In this document: positions 18,274 through 27,132 of the stretch, piece after piece
Layout: every line of letters starts with the position of its first letter
Numbering within the stretch: position 1 is the stretch's first letter
IMG/VR virus record: IMGVR_UViG_3300042485_000398
Span: 1-64,000 of that record
Length of the DNA stretch: 64,000 bases
Direction: 5' to 3' (one strand)
Origin: an uncultured virus (IMG/VR IMGVR_UViG_3300042485_000398)
Lineage: Duplodnaviria > Heunggongvirae > Uroviricota > Caudoviricetes
Notes under the pieces: model-generated
Seen by the model: the letters and a program-made list of their open reading frames with translations, nothing else
What the model was told of the DNA's origin: nothing
The model's database searches: none
Made by a program: the position numbers and the translations under genes

Positions 18274-18786
18274 TTAACCTTTTTTCTTGTTGGTCTTATT
18301 ACCAGTATTTGTTATAACAGAAATTGTGTCGTTTGTCAAGAGAGAACTGGTGCCCATGTTGTAATTATTCCAGTCTGGAACAATAGTATCGTTAAGGTTT
18401 AGCGTAATAGTATCATAACCATTTGGATGAGCAGACAAAGTTGTAGTAGACAAGGCTGTAGCAAGAGCAGGTTTTAGGTTGACATCCTCGTAAAGTCCTG
18501 CTAGACTAGGCTGTTGTGCCTTATCATGAACATGCAATGCAATGATGGCATAGTGAATGACCTTCATGAGGTCCTTGCGCCAGTCTTCGGGAGTTCCCTT
18601 ATGACCGTATCGCTGGGCATACTTCATGATGTTTCCAACCGTGAAGCCTACACCATGTCCACCATCAATGATAAACTCGGTAGCTTGGTACTTGTTCTGC
18701 GAATAGTGCTGCCCATAAGTGGCATTCACATACTCGGTAACCTGCCGAAGCAGGTCACCTTCGTTATACTTATATTTAATTGTCAT
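18274..18786 (-). CDS. DUF3310-like (T7 gp1.7/SaV-like) protein
   Basis: HYS...GFTVGNIMKYAQRYGHKG...DLMKVIHY pattern. Confidence 0.65.
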   Translation of the reverse strand: MTIKYKYNEGDLLRQVTEYVNATYGQHYSQNKYQATEFIIDGGHGVGFTVGNIMKYAQRYGHKGTPEDWRKDLMKVIHYAIIALHVHDKAQQPSLAGLYEDVNLKPALATALSTTTLSAHPNGYDTITLNLNDTIVPDWNNYNMGTSSLLTNDTISVITNTGNKTNKKKG

Positions 18787-18795
18787 ACTATCTCC

Positions 18796-19965
18796 TTAGA
18801 AAGGTGTTTCTTCAAAAAATGCGTCTTCATTGACGTTATCGGTAGGGCCAGTATCAATCTTGGCATCAACCTTGGTGTAGAGGTCGAGGAATGCTGACTT
18901 GGTATCAGCATCAAAGCGGTTAACGCAGAGTTCGACTGCCTTCTGGCGAGACTTGAACATGGCGAAGGCATTGACAATGTGTTCCAGACGGCGAGTCGAA
19001 ATCAGGTCGTCAATGCCACCATCGTAAAAAGTCTTACGGATGATTTCAGCCCAAGTAACAAGGTTGTCGGCGAATTCTTCATCAATCGCGCCAGCCTTTT
19101 CCATCTTGTTCATGACAATCTTCTTTTCGACCTTAGCCGATGGGTATTCTTGTTCGACTGTGATGGCGAAACGCTCAAGGAAGGCATCATCAAGAATCTG
19201 AGCCGAGATGAACTTGCCGTCATCGGAACCACGACCCTTGGTGTTAGCAGTTGCAACCACGTTGAAGCCCTTGGCGGGGAAGACAGTCTCGCCAGTCTTC
19301 TTATTGAAGTATGGCTTGCCTTCAAGAATGGCCTGGATGCACATCAACTTGTTCGAACCGCGGTCGATTTCATCAAGAATAAGAATTGCCCCACGCTTCA
19401 TGGCAGTCAGAACAGGACCTTCGCGGTACACTACGTTACCATCGACAAGGGTGTTGCCACCAATCAGGTCGTCTTCATCGGTTTCTACCGAGATGTTGAC
19501 GCGGAGACATTCGCGCTTCAACTTGGCGCAAGCCTGTTCAATCATTGTGGTCTTACCGTTACCAGACAGGCCAGAGATGAACGTGGGATAGAAGGCTTCT
19601 GCCTTGAGAACCTTAATCAGGTCGGTGTAAAAGCCAAACGGAACGTAGGTCGCATCAAGACGGGGAACCAGATTGTCAATGATTACCTCTAGCTTAGGCT
19701 GCATCACCGTCTTAGCAACGGGCTTCGAGATAATCTCAGCAACTGGCTGAGGCATCACGGGTGCAGGCTTGGCAGTCACGCCAACCATTGCAGCAGACAA
19801 ATCGTAAACGCCACGAGAAACCACATTGTCCTTTGACAGGAGCCAGTTCAACTTCTCAATACCCATGGGGTGGGCGACGGCAAAAACATCTTTCTTGCGG
19901 AAAATACCACCATTCGTATCAGCGGCACGAAGGGCGGCAAGCAGGTCTTCACGGGTACTAATCAT
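18796..19965 (-). CDS. MoxR/CobS-like AAA+ ATPase
   Basis: GLSGNGKT, LILDEID, TANTKGRG, AFLERF and ISTRRL motifs. Confidence 0.9.
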   Translation of the reverse strand: MISTREDLLAALRAADTNGGIFRKKDVFAVAHPMGIEKLNWLLSKDNVVSRGVYDLSAAMVGVTAKPAPVMPQPVAEIISKPVAKTVMQPKLEVIIDNLVPRLDATYVPFGFYTDLIKVLKAEAFYPTFISGLSGNGKTTMIEQACAKLKRECLRVNISVETDEDDLIGGNTLVDGNVVYREGPVLTAMKRGAILILDEIDRGSNKLMCIQAILEGKPYFNKKTGETVFPAKGFNVVATANTKGRGSDDGKFISAQILDDAFLERFAITVEQEYPSAKVEKKIVMNKMEKAGAIDEEFADNLVTWAEIIRKTFYDGGIDDLISTRRLEHIVNAFAMFKSRQKAVELCVNRFDADTKSAFLDLYTKVDAKIDTGPTDNVNEDAFFEETPF

Positions 19966-20007
19966 AATAAAATCACCTTTTCACAAACAAACATCATCAA
20001 TCACATT

Positions 20008-20041
20008 ATTTACTATAGTCGATTCGCGACCAAATGTCAAG
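20008..20041 (-). repeat. 34-bp promoter repeat, copy 1 (TTGACA-N17-TATAGT with CGAATCG)
   Basis: atttactatagtcgattcgcgaccaaatgtcaag is identical to 22304..22337. Confidence 0.9.
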
Positions 20042-20047
20042 TGTTTT

Positions 20048-22276
20048 TTACGCCACAGCCTCAACCATTTTTGTAAGAATTACACGACCAATAGATTTCT
20101 TATCCTGAAACGCCTTGAACGCCTTGGTCAGTTCTTTCTTATCGTTGGAGTCCACAGTCAGAGTGTCTTCTGAAATTTGCAGACTACTGCCAGCTTTAAT
20201 CAGAAACTGGTCATCAAAGCCGTTGCTGTCCTTGAGAAGTGCCGCACCTTCCTTCTTGAAAGCCTTGCGGGTCGCATCACTGACTGTGCCAGGGACGAGC
20301 GAACGAGCCAAGAAATACTTGAGGTCATAAGAACCCATCAGGTAAAAGTTAATCATCCGCGAACCAGTGGTTTCACGATACAGTTCAAGAAGAGCCTTAC
20401 AGTAAGACCGGCTGCGGTAGCTAACACCGTCATATTGCTGCGAAAAGGTGCGACGAGTCTTAGAGTCAACAATAGCTAGGTTCTTACGGTGATAATCATT
20501 ATGATTATGACCAACAGTTTCGAAGTTGCAATCACCTTCACCATCGGTCAAGAATACCGACGAAAGAACTTCAACGCGATTGCGGTTCTTGAAATCTTCG
20601 GCGATGTAACGGCCAAGCAGAATGGCTTCTTCTAGCGGAGTGCTGCCAAGACCAAAAGAATTGGCAGCGGTACCGTCTAGATAAAGGTCATGATAGCTAC
20701 GATTATAAGACTGGCCAAGAGCAAGAATATTTGCCATCTGGGTCTTGAACTTACCACCAGAAACGCCGGTAGCCACCAACTGGAGCATACGGAAACTGGG
20801 GTCAGAAATCATCAGGTTGTTAGGGTCAGACAAGTTATTACGGCTGCGCACTGTATCGAAATACGTTTGTGGTGCGCTAGAGTTCGTAATGAAACCGTAA
20901 ACTTCAAACGGAATGCGAACTTTCTGGCAGAACGAAGCCAGTAGAACCAGCTGCTCCATGGTACCAGACATGTTGGAAGACATGCTGCCCGACATATCAA
21001 GGTACAGAAGCATGCCGTGGTTCTGACCGTTAGGAACAACCGTGTTCTGTAAGAACAGGTCTTCTGTAATCTTGTAAGCCCACACTTTGTCCATGTTGAT
21101 GCGGCCAGTCTTGGAAGTCTGGGCGCGCATAAGCGACTTGGCTTTTTTCTTACGTTCAAAGTCCTGTGCCATTGAACTAAGGTACTTGCTGTTCTTGGCA
21201 AGAAACTCCTTGTAGAGTTCCATCTTGACTTGTTCGGCAGTCTTGCCTGCTCGGTATGCGGCGCCACCAACAGAGAACTTCAACATCTTTTCGACGGTGT
21301 TAATACCGACAATAAAATCAGCCGGGTTCAGAATAGGGAGCTTGGCATAAAACGTCTCACGGGCGTTTGCATCAAGCAGGCTGTCTTCATTCCGACGAAA
21401 GTTCTCATCGGTGAACGAAGTCGGCTCAGGGCTTTCTTCTGTATCATCGGACTCACTGTCACCAGACGAACCGTCTTCTTTCTCTTCTGACTTTTCTTCT
21501 GACTTTTCTTCGGTATCATCGGACGATGAAGACTTAGGTTCTTCTGTTTCGTCTTCTGATTTCTGACCCGTAGAGGAAGGCGTCTGTGGCTTTTCCTTGT
21601 CATCTGAGTTGTCCGAATTAGGAACTTCAACGTAGTCTGCACTCGGATCGAATTCACCGTCACCATCTTCCATGATATCACCAAGGGCGTTCATGAATTG
21701 TTCGAAGTCAAGTTCCTCGGTTGAATTTTCGGCACGTTCATAGAGTTCGCTAGCCAGCGCTACCACATCTTCCCAGGTGTCGAGGCTGTCAAGACGATTG
21801 ACAATCGCTTGTTCTTCGTCCGAGAACTTGACGTTCAAAAACGAACCGACCTTGGCGTGAAGGTTGATGCGGTCAATGAACTTTAGCTTATTGACATCCA
21901 TACCTTCGACACCGAAGAAATTCTTTTCGAAGAGTTCTTGGTAACCATTGTAGAACGACCGACGAAGACCGGGGTAACGGTTCTTCATCTTGCGTTCGAT
22001 ACGAGCATCTTCAATGATGTTGAGGAAAGACTTGAAGCCCACACCCTTCTCAGAGATGCTGGAGTGCCAGCCGTCAGCAGGCGTTTCAAGAGCGTGACCG
22101 ACTTCATGGCCGATTAGCAGGTCATAAAGGTCAGCCGAAGTCTCTTTGAAGATCGGCAGCACGACCGTGCGGGTCTCCAGATTGAAGTAAGCGGTACTTG
22201 TCTTCTGGTGTTCTACATGGATATTTTCTGTCGCCAACAACTTGGCGAGAATCGACTTTTCAGCAAACTGGGACAT
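20048..22276 (-). CDS. CobT-like metallopeptidase-VWA protein, partner of the AAA+ ATPase
   Basis: HEVGH zincin motif, NIIEDARIE, acidic linker and MIDAS motifs DMSGSM, STPL, LTDGEG. Confidence 0.85.
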   Translation of the reverse strand: MSQFAEKSILAKLLATENIHVEHQKTSTAYFNLETRTVVLPIFKETSADLYDLLIGHEVGHALETPADGWHSSISEKGVGFKSFLNIIEDARIERKMKNRYPGLRRSFYNGYQELFEKNFFGVEGMDVNKLKFIDRINLHAKVGSFLNVKFSDEEQAIVNRLDSLDTWEDVVALASELYERAENSTEELDFEQFMNALGDIMEDGDGEFDPSADYVEVPNSDNSDDKEKPQTPSSTGQKSEDETEEPKSSSSDDTEEKSEEKSEEKEDGSSGDSESDDTEESPEPTSFTDENFRRNEDSLLDANARETFYAKLPILNPADFIVGINTVEKMLKFSVGGAAYRAGKTAEQVKMELYKEFLAKNSKYLSSMAQDFERKKKAKSLMRAQTSKTGRINMDKVWAYKITEDLFLQNTVVPNGQNHGMLLYLDMSGSMSSNMSGTMEQLVLLASFCQKVRIPFEVYGFITNSSAPQTYFDTVRSRNNLSDPNNLMISDPSFRMLQLVATGVSGGKFKTQMANILALGQSYNRSYHDLYLDGTAANSFGLGSTPLEEAILLGRYIAEDFKNRNRVEVLSSVFLTDGEGDCNFETVGHNHNDYHRKNLAIVDSKTRRTFSQQYDGVSYRSRSYCKALLELYRETTGSRMINFYLMGSYDLKYFLARSLVPGTVSDATRKAFKKEGAALLKDSNGFDDQFLIKAGSSLQISEDTLTVDSNDKKELTKAFKAFQDKKSIGRVILTKMVEAVA

Positions 22277-22303
22277 CACAAAACCTCATCAATCAATCAT
22301 ATA

Positions 22304-22337
22304 ATTTACTATAGTCGATTCGCGACCAAATGTCAAG
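22304..22337 (-). repeat. 34-bp promoter repeat, copy 2
   Basis: Identical to 20008..20041. Confidence 0.9.
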
Positions 22338-22345
22338 CGATTCTT

Positions 22346-22708
22346 TTAGAAACAACGGCGCTCACGGCGAATATATCGATTGCCGTAGTAGTCATATTCA
22401 GTAACTTCTGTGGTACGGCAGTTACGGTCGCGGCGATAATATGCATCACGGTTGCGATAGTGATATTCATACTCGCGGTCATAAACTTCGCGCTCAACTT
22501 CCTCGTCGCGGCTATTGTTGTTTTTAATAGCAGCACCAAGAATAAATGCGCCTAGACCGATAGCAATAGCTTCGCCGGTATTAATATGATTGCCGCGCTT
22601 GCGCTCGTGGCGTTCAGTGCGGTGTTCACCACGACCCTTGGCTTCTGCTACCACAGGAGTAGCAAGAACACTGACCGCAATAATACTAGAAATAACAGAC
22701 TTAAACAT
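22346..22708 (-). CDS. Secreted/membrane protein with signal peptide and Gly-zipper-like helix
   Basis: MFKSVISSIIAVSVLATPVVAEA signal, AIAIGLGAFILGAAI helix, R/Y-rich tail; SD AAGGAGA. Confidence 0.7.
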   Translation of the reverse strand: MFKSVISSIIAVSVLATPVVAEAKGRGEHRTERHERKRGNHINTGEAIAIGLGAFILGAAIKNNNSRDEEVEREVYDREYEYHYRNRDAYYRRDRNCRTTEVTEYDYYGNRYIRRERRCF

Positions 22709-22729
22709 AATCATTCTCCTTATATTATT

Positions 22730-22757
22730 AGTATACACGAATCGATGGTAATGTCAA
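22730..22757 (-). promoter_or_regulatory. Sigma70-type promoter with CGATTCG
   Basis: TTGACA-N16-TATACT. Confidence 0.65.
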
Positions 22758-22758
22758 G

Positions 22759-23364
22759 TTAAAAACGTGTCATTGACCCATCGGCATGAGCCAAAAATGG
22801 CTCAAACTTAATGTTGGGATATTCATCTGCCAAATCTTTGAACATCTGGAGATTGGAAACAGCATCATCAAAGAGACGAGCGCGAGTAAATTTACCAGTA
22901 TCAAGGTATTGTTTAATAAAGATTTTCTTGGCTGGAGCAGACGGCATAGCGCCTAGATTGCCAGCACGGTGAACATGTATATCATCAATATCGATACCTT
23001 GTTGACGAAAGGTATCTAGAAAAATATCACGGTCATCAAAATCTGACCGAGCGGTAATGACAATCATCTTACTGCCACGGGCCTTAATATTTTTATGCAT
23101 TGCAATCAATTTGCGAATCGCTTTAGCGATAGGTTCGCTGGTGTCACGAAAATGCCGGGCGTCCCTAAACTCGCTAAAGTCAAAGGATTCACCCGGCTGT
23201 AAATTATATGTATTGTATTGCTTGTTACCCAGTGTCTTGATTATCTTACCGCCTTTGACGATATGGACACGGGCTTTGGTACGGAACAATGTCTCGTCAA
23301 TATCCCAGATAGTTAATCCGGCACTGTCTTGCGACTCACTTATAAACTCTTTAAAACCAATCAT
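22759..23364 (-). CDS. HAD-superfamily phosphatase (PseT/Pnkp phosphatase-like) with capsid-targeting-like N-terminus
   Basis: WDIDETL (motif I), VITAR (II), K (III), LFDDAVSNL (IV); starts MIGFKEFISE. Confidence 0.8.
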   Translation of the reverse strand: MIGFKEFISESQDSAGLTIWDIDETLFRTKARVHIVKGGKIIKTLGNKQYNTYNLQPGESFDFSEFRDARHFRDTSEPIAKAIRKLIAMHKNIKARGSKMIVITARSDFDDRDIFLDTFRQQGIDIDDIHVHRAGNLGAMPSAPAKKIFIKQYLDTGKFTRARLFDDAVSNLQMFKDLADEYPNIKFEPFLAHADGSMTRF

Positions 23365-23370
23365 ATTTAT

Positions 23371-23399
23371 ATACTACTCGATTCGTGAGTGAATGTCAA
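23371..23399 (-). promoter_or_regulatory. Sigma70-type promoter with CGAATCG
   Basis: TTGACA-N17-TAGTAT; a late TATAAATA also lies at 23404..23411. Confidence 0.6.
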
Positions 23400-23406
23400 G
23401 TAGTAT

Positions 23407-24003
23407 TTATACAGGCGGGGCTTTCTTTCGAGTTTTCTTGGGCTTTGGAGCCTCTTCTTCCGCGTCTGCTTCGATACGGTTCTTCAAACGCTTGGCAACT
23501 TCTTCCGCATCAAGCCAGATGTCCTTGTTATCAAGCATAGACTTAATTTCTTCTGGCGTCAGGAAGTCTTTATAGAAAGAAGCAAACAACTTCTCAGACC
23601 ATGCACGGAAGTGTGTGATTTGGTCATACATTTCGCCGCCCTTACCAATGGTGCCACTTGAATAGTTGTGGAACATGAACATGGTATGGTCAGATAGTTC
23701 AAAGCGATCCGCACTAAGGAAGATAAGAGTTGCAGCCGACATACAGATGCCTTCTACCGAACAAACGATAGTAGCATTTGATTCTTGAATTGCTCTTACT
23801 ATCTGGAGAGCGGCAAACAGGTCGCCACCTTCACTGTTGATACGAATGTAGATAGTATCTGTCTCGCCAGCCGCTCGAAATAACTGGAACCATTCTACAT
23901 ATTCTTCGGCGGCTTTAATTTCGCCGCACAGATATAGATTTACGACAGTAGCTACAGGTTGCGCAAAGTATCTAGCCTTAGAAGGACCATCAAACTCGTT
24001 CAT
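23407..24003 (-). CDS. ClpP-like serine protease
   Basis: INSEGG, GICMSAATLIF (Ser), MFHN (His) and DIWLDAEE motifs. Confidence 0.85.
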   Translation of the reverse strand: MNEFDGPSKARYFAQPVATVVNLYLCGEIKAAEEYVEWFQLFRAAGETDTIYIRINSEGGDLFAALQIVRAIQESNATIVCSVEGICMSAATLIFLSADRFELSDHTMFMFHNYSSGTIGKGGEMYDQITHFRAWSEKLFASFYKDFLTPEEIKSMLDNKDIWLDAEEVAKRLKNRIEADAEEEAPKPKKTRKKAPPV

Positions 24004-24367
24004 AGAATCTTGTGATTGCGGTGATCTTTTCAATTTGGTTATCAATTATGGGTGTCCTATTCGGCCAGTGGATGTATTCCTTTTCAGGATTTTTCATCAG
24101 GTTATACATTAAAGGTAAAATTAAGTCTTCTACCTGCTTCAACTTTTCAGAAACTTCCATTTCGACCAGTCGCTTATGTTCTGAGATAAGTGTTGACTGG
24201 TCTACATTAAGAAGTCTAGCTTCTAGGTCATATAGTTTGGCCATAATCTCATCTTTAAGATCGCTGGCACCTATATCGTCGTTAGGATTATATGGTTCTC
24301 GAACGTGAACCACAGTTTCGGTTGGGTCTTCGAATGTAAATCCGAAATCATAGGTTGTGTTGGACAT
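23990..24367 (-). CDS. Conserved T4-like hypothetical
   Basis: YDFGFTF...ILPLMYNLMKNPEKEYIHWPNR pattern. Confidence 0.65.
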   Translation of the reverse strand: MSNTTYDFGFTFEDPTETVVHVREPYNPNDDIGASDLKDEIMAKLYDLEARLLNVDQSTLISEHKRLVEMEVSEKLKQVEDLILPLMYNLMKNPEKEYIHWPNRTPIIDNQIEKITAITRFYERV

Positions 24368-24403
24368 ATTTTCTAGTATACCTTTCGTGGGGATAAAATA
24401 TAT

Positions 24404-24877
24404 TCATTTCAACATTTTCCAAAAATTAAAAGCCATGGAGACTCTTTCGCCATCACCTTCGTTCGGTAAAACCCGATGCATCAAATCATCAGGAAATAAT
24501 AATAACAACCCAGCATATGGTTTAATCTGAAAGATTTCTTTTTTAATCTCATACTCAAAATGACCAGCATTTTCTGGAACTTGGAGATAAAGAACTCCAC
24601 ACATCTCATCTGTGGCACCCCTATCGTGATGGTGCCACTCATTATAATCGCTACCAGTATTGATATTATACCAGCAAGTTATATCTCCAGTAACACCCGC
24701 TACAGCTTGAACATTATCTATAACTGATTCTGCCCAGGAATAAGTTTTTCTATTACAACGTTCACTGTGCCATCCACCTTTATTACTTCGTTTAACAGAC
24801 TTGGTTATGCCACGCAATGCTAAAACATTATCGGTGAAATTTTCTGGTAAAGTAAGTTGAACCAATCGCATAGTCAT
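24404..24877 (-). CDS. 2OG-Fe(II) oxygenase
   Basis: RSNKGGWHS, HHH, GVLYLQVP, LFPDDLMHRV and RVSMAFN motifs. Confidence 0.82.
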   Translation of the reverse strand: MTMRLVQLTLPENFTDNVLALRGITKSVKRSNKGGWHSERCNRKTYSWAESVIDNVQAVAGVTGDITCWYNINTGSDYNEWHHHDRGATDEMCGVLYLQVPENAGHFEYEIKKEIFQIKPYAGLLLLFPDDLMHRVLPNEGDGERVSMAFNFWKMLK

Positions 24878-24901
24878 AAAAATAATTAGTCAACTGTAAA
24901 T

Positions 24902-25417
24902 TCAAAGGTTGTTTTGGACATATTTTCTAATATACCTTTTTGCTCGTTTTTCTAGTGACTTCATAGCCATCTTCATTTTCATTTCAGAAGCATGGTCAGA
25001 GAAATTCAACCCAAGCATATGATCATATTCATGCTGAAAAATTCTGGCGGGTAATCCCGTGAACTCTTCTACTATATATTCACCTTCTACGTTCTGATAT
25101 GAGGCAGTGATTGCGGCTGGGCGTTTGATAGAAAGCCATAGACCTGGATAACTTAGACAGCCTTCTTTAGCAAGATTAGTTTCGGGTGACCATGAAACAA
25201 TCTTGGGGTTAAAAATATTCTTGCGATTATCATCATCTGAACCCATTACAAAAACTTTAGCATCGATTCCCACCTGATTTGCAGACAGTCCTAGACCTCG
25301 AAGGTCACGAGATTTTGTCCATAGCTTATCAACCAGATCGTTTGCGTCACCAGCATCAAAGTCAAATGCAGACGGCTCTTTGCGAAGCTGCGGATCAGTA
25401 AACTTAATTAATTCCAT
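24902..25417 (-). CDS. def: Peptide deformylase
   Basis: GLGLSANQVG, EGCLS and QHEYDH motifs. Confidence 0.95.
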   Translation of the reverse strand: MELIKFTDPQLRKEPSAFDFDAGDANDLVDKLWTKSRDLRGLGLSANQVGIDAKVFVMGSDDDNRKNIFNPKIVSWSPETNLAKEGCLSYPGLWLSIKRPAAITASYQNVEGEYIVEEFTGLPARIFQHEYDHMLGLNFSDHASEMKMKMAMKSLEKRAKRYIRKYVQNNL

Positions 25418-27132
25418 TATACCACCATTTCACTATAGTTATTTTTCTTTTCAAACTTAATTAGACTGCGGAACTTATCAAACAGTTGGTCGCCCTTATG
25501 ACTGATAACAAATACATTAGTATCTTCACCCAATGTATCAAGTAGAGACATAATATAATCTGTCCCATTGTTGTCTAGTGAACTATCAAATACTTCGTCC
25601 AGGATTAGAAGATTGGTAGCTACACTGTTCTTCATCTTAGCGATTGTTCGCCACGTAAAGAGAAGAGCCAGGTCGATGCGTTGCTTTTCGCCTTCAGAGA
25701 AGGATGCGTAACTGAAATCGTCACGATGGCGAGACTTAATCGTTTCATCAAACTTCTCATCAAGATTAAACTGCACAAAGAAGTCCATTGCTTGTAGATA
25801 TTTATTCACCAACTTATTGATAACTGGAAGATACTGCCGAATAATCTTAGTCTTAATACCAGTGTCCTTGAGGAGAGTGGAGACAGCATCCATGTAATGC
25901 TTTTCTTCATTCAACTTGGCCTTTTCTTCGTTCTGAACCAGAACTTCTTTAGCATAAGTCTTTAGCTTATTCTTTTCAGTATCTATATCACCAGTTTTAG
26001 ATGAAATATCATTCAGTTCCAGATTGAGTGCTTGGATTAATCTCTGTTGAACAATCATTTCATTATGATGAGTTATAATCGAAGCATTCAGCCCAGAAAT
26101 TTGTTCGGAAAGAACCGCATTTTCCGCGATAAGTTCTTCAAGTTTTGTAAATTCTTCCTGGAGTTTCTCCATTCCCGAAGATAGTTCTTGCATTTTCTCT
26201 TGTCTGGATGATACGATGGTTTCTTTATGATCGTGAGCAATGCCTTGCCGACATGTCGGACACTCATCTGTTTCCTCGTAGAATGCCACCTCCTTTTGGA
26301 GATCGCGGAGTTGGGTGGAAAATTTGGTTTTAAAGGAGTCGAGTTTCTTTTGCTTGTCTGCAAGGTCTCCGAGACTTTGTTGGGTTTCTTCAACAGAAAG
26401 TTTTTGCCCTTCCAAATCGTTAGCGAGGCTTGTAAGACTTGATATCTTTTCTTCGCCGGTCTGAATACGCTCCAATATTTCATCGACTCTCTTCTCTCGG
26501 TTCGCTTCTAGGGTGTCAACATATTCTTTCTGTATCGAAGCCTTTTGTTTCAAGACTTCCAGCTTACCGTCGGCATCCTGTAATTGATCTTTAAGAGCAT
26601 TCATCTTGTCACGCAACACCACATTCATTGTGGTAAAAATTTGAATGTCCAGCAGGTCTTCGATGATTTCTCTACGGGTTCCAGAGGGCAACTGCATGAA
26701 CGGGGTGAATGACGCCGAACCTAGAATGACAATCTGGGTAAAAGACTTGTAGTTCAACTTGAGAATGGATTCCTCAAGATACTTTTGATAATCTCTAGCG
26801 GCCGCATCTTGATTCAACAGTTCGCCATCAACATAGATTTCAAAAAGACCGGGCTTGATACCACGAACAATCTTATACAATTTACTACCACTGTGGAATT
26901 CTACCTCAACCAGAAGTTGCTTCTTGTTAATGGAGTTTACCAACTGCGGCTTGTTGATGTTGCGAAACGGCTTACCGAAAAGAGAGAAGCACAATGCATC
27001 AAGCATCGTGGACTTGCCGCCGCCATTCTCACCGACTATGAGGGTACTGGGTGAACGGTCTAGTTTAATTTCAGTAAACTGATTGCCAGTAGAAAGAAAG
27101 TTCTTCCAACGAATAGTGTTAAAAATAATCAT
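25417..27132 (-). CDS. gp46: Recombination endonuclease subunit gp46 (Rad50/SbcC-like)
   Basis: GENGGGKS, CPTC hook, FSEGEK and LILDEVFD motifs. Confidence 0.96.
   Translation of the reverse strand: MIIFNTIRWKNFLSTGNQFTEIKLDRSPSTLIVGENGGGKSTMLDALCFSLFGKPFRNINKPQLVNSINKKQLLVEVEFHSGSKLYKIVRGIKPGLFEIYVDGELLNQDAAARDYQKYLEESILKLNYKSFTQIVILGSASFTPFMQLPSGTRREIIEDLLDIQIFTTMNVVLRDKMNALKDQLQDADGKLEVLKQKASIQKEYVDTLEANREKRVDEILERIQTGEEKISSLTSLANDLEGQKLSVEETQQSLGDLADKQKKLDSFKTKFSTQLRDLQKEVAFYEETDECPTCRQGIAHDHKETIVSSRQEKMQELSSGMEKLQEEFTKLEELIAENAVLSEQISGLNASIITHHNEMIVQQRLIQALNLELNDISSKTGDIDTEKNKLKTYAKEVLVQNEEKAKLNEEKHYMDAVSTLLKDTGIKTKIIRQYLPVINKLVNKYLQAMDFFVQFNLDEKFDETIKSRHRDDFSYASFSEGEKQRIDLALLFTWRTIAKMKNSVATNLLILDEVFDSSLDNNGTDYIMSLLDTLGEDTNVFVISHKGDQLFDKFRSLIKFEKKNNYSEMVV

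Noticed and set aside
18796..19965. Annotation as cobalamin biosynthesis gene cobS
   Set aside because: It is a MoxR-type ATPase paired with a peptidase-VWA protein, with no other cobalamin genes nearby; a metabolic role is unsupported.
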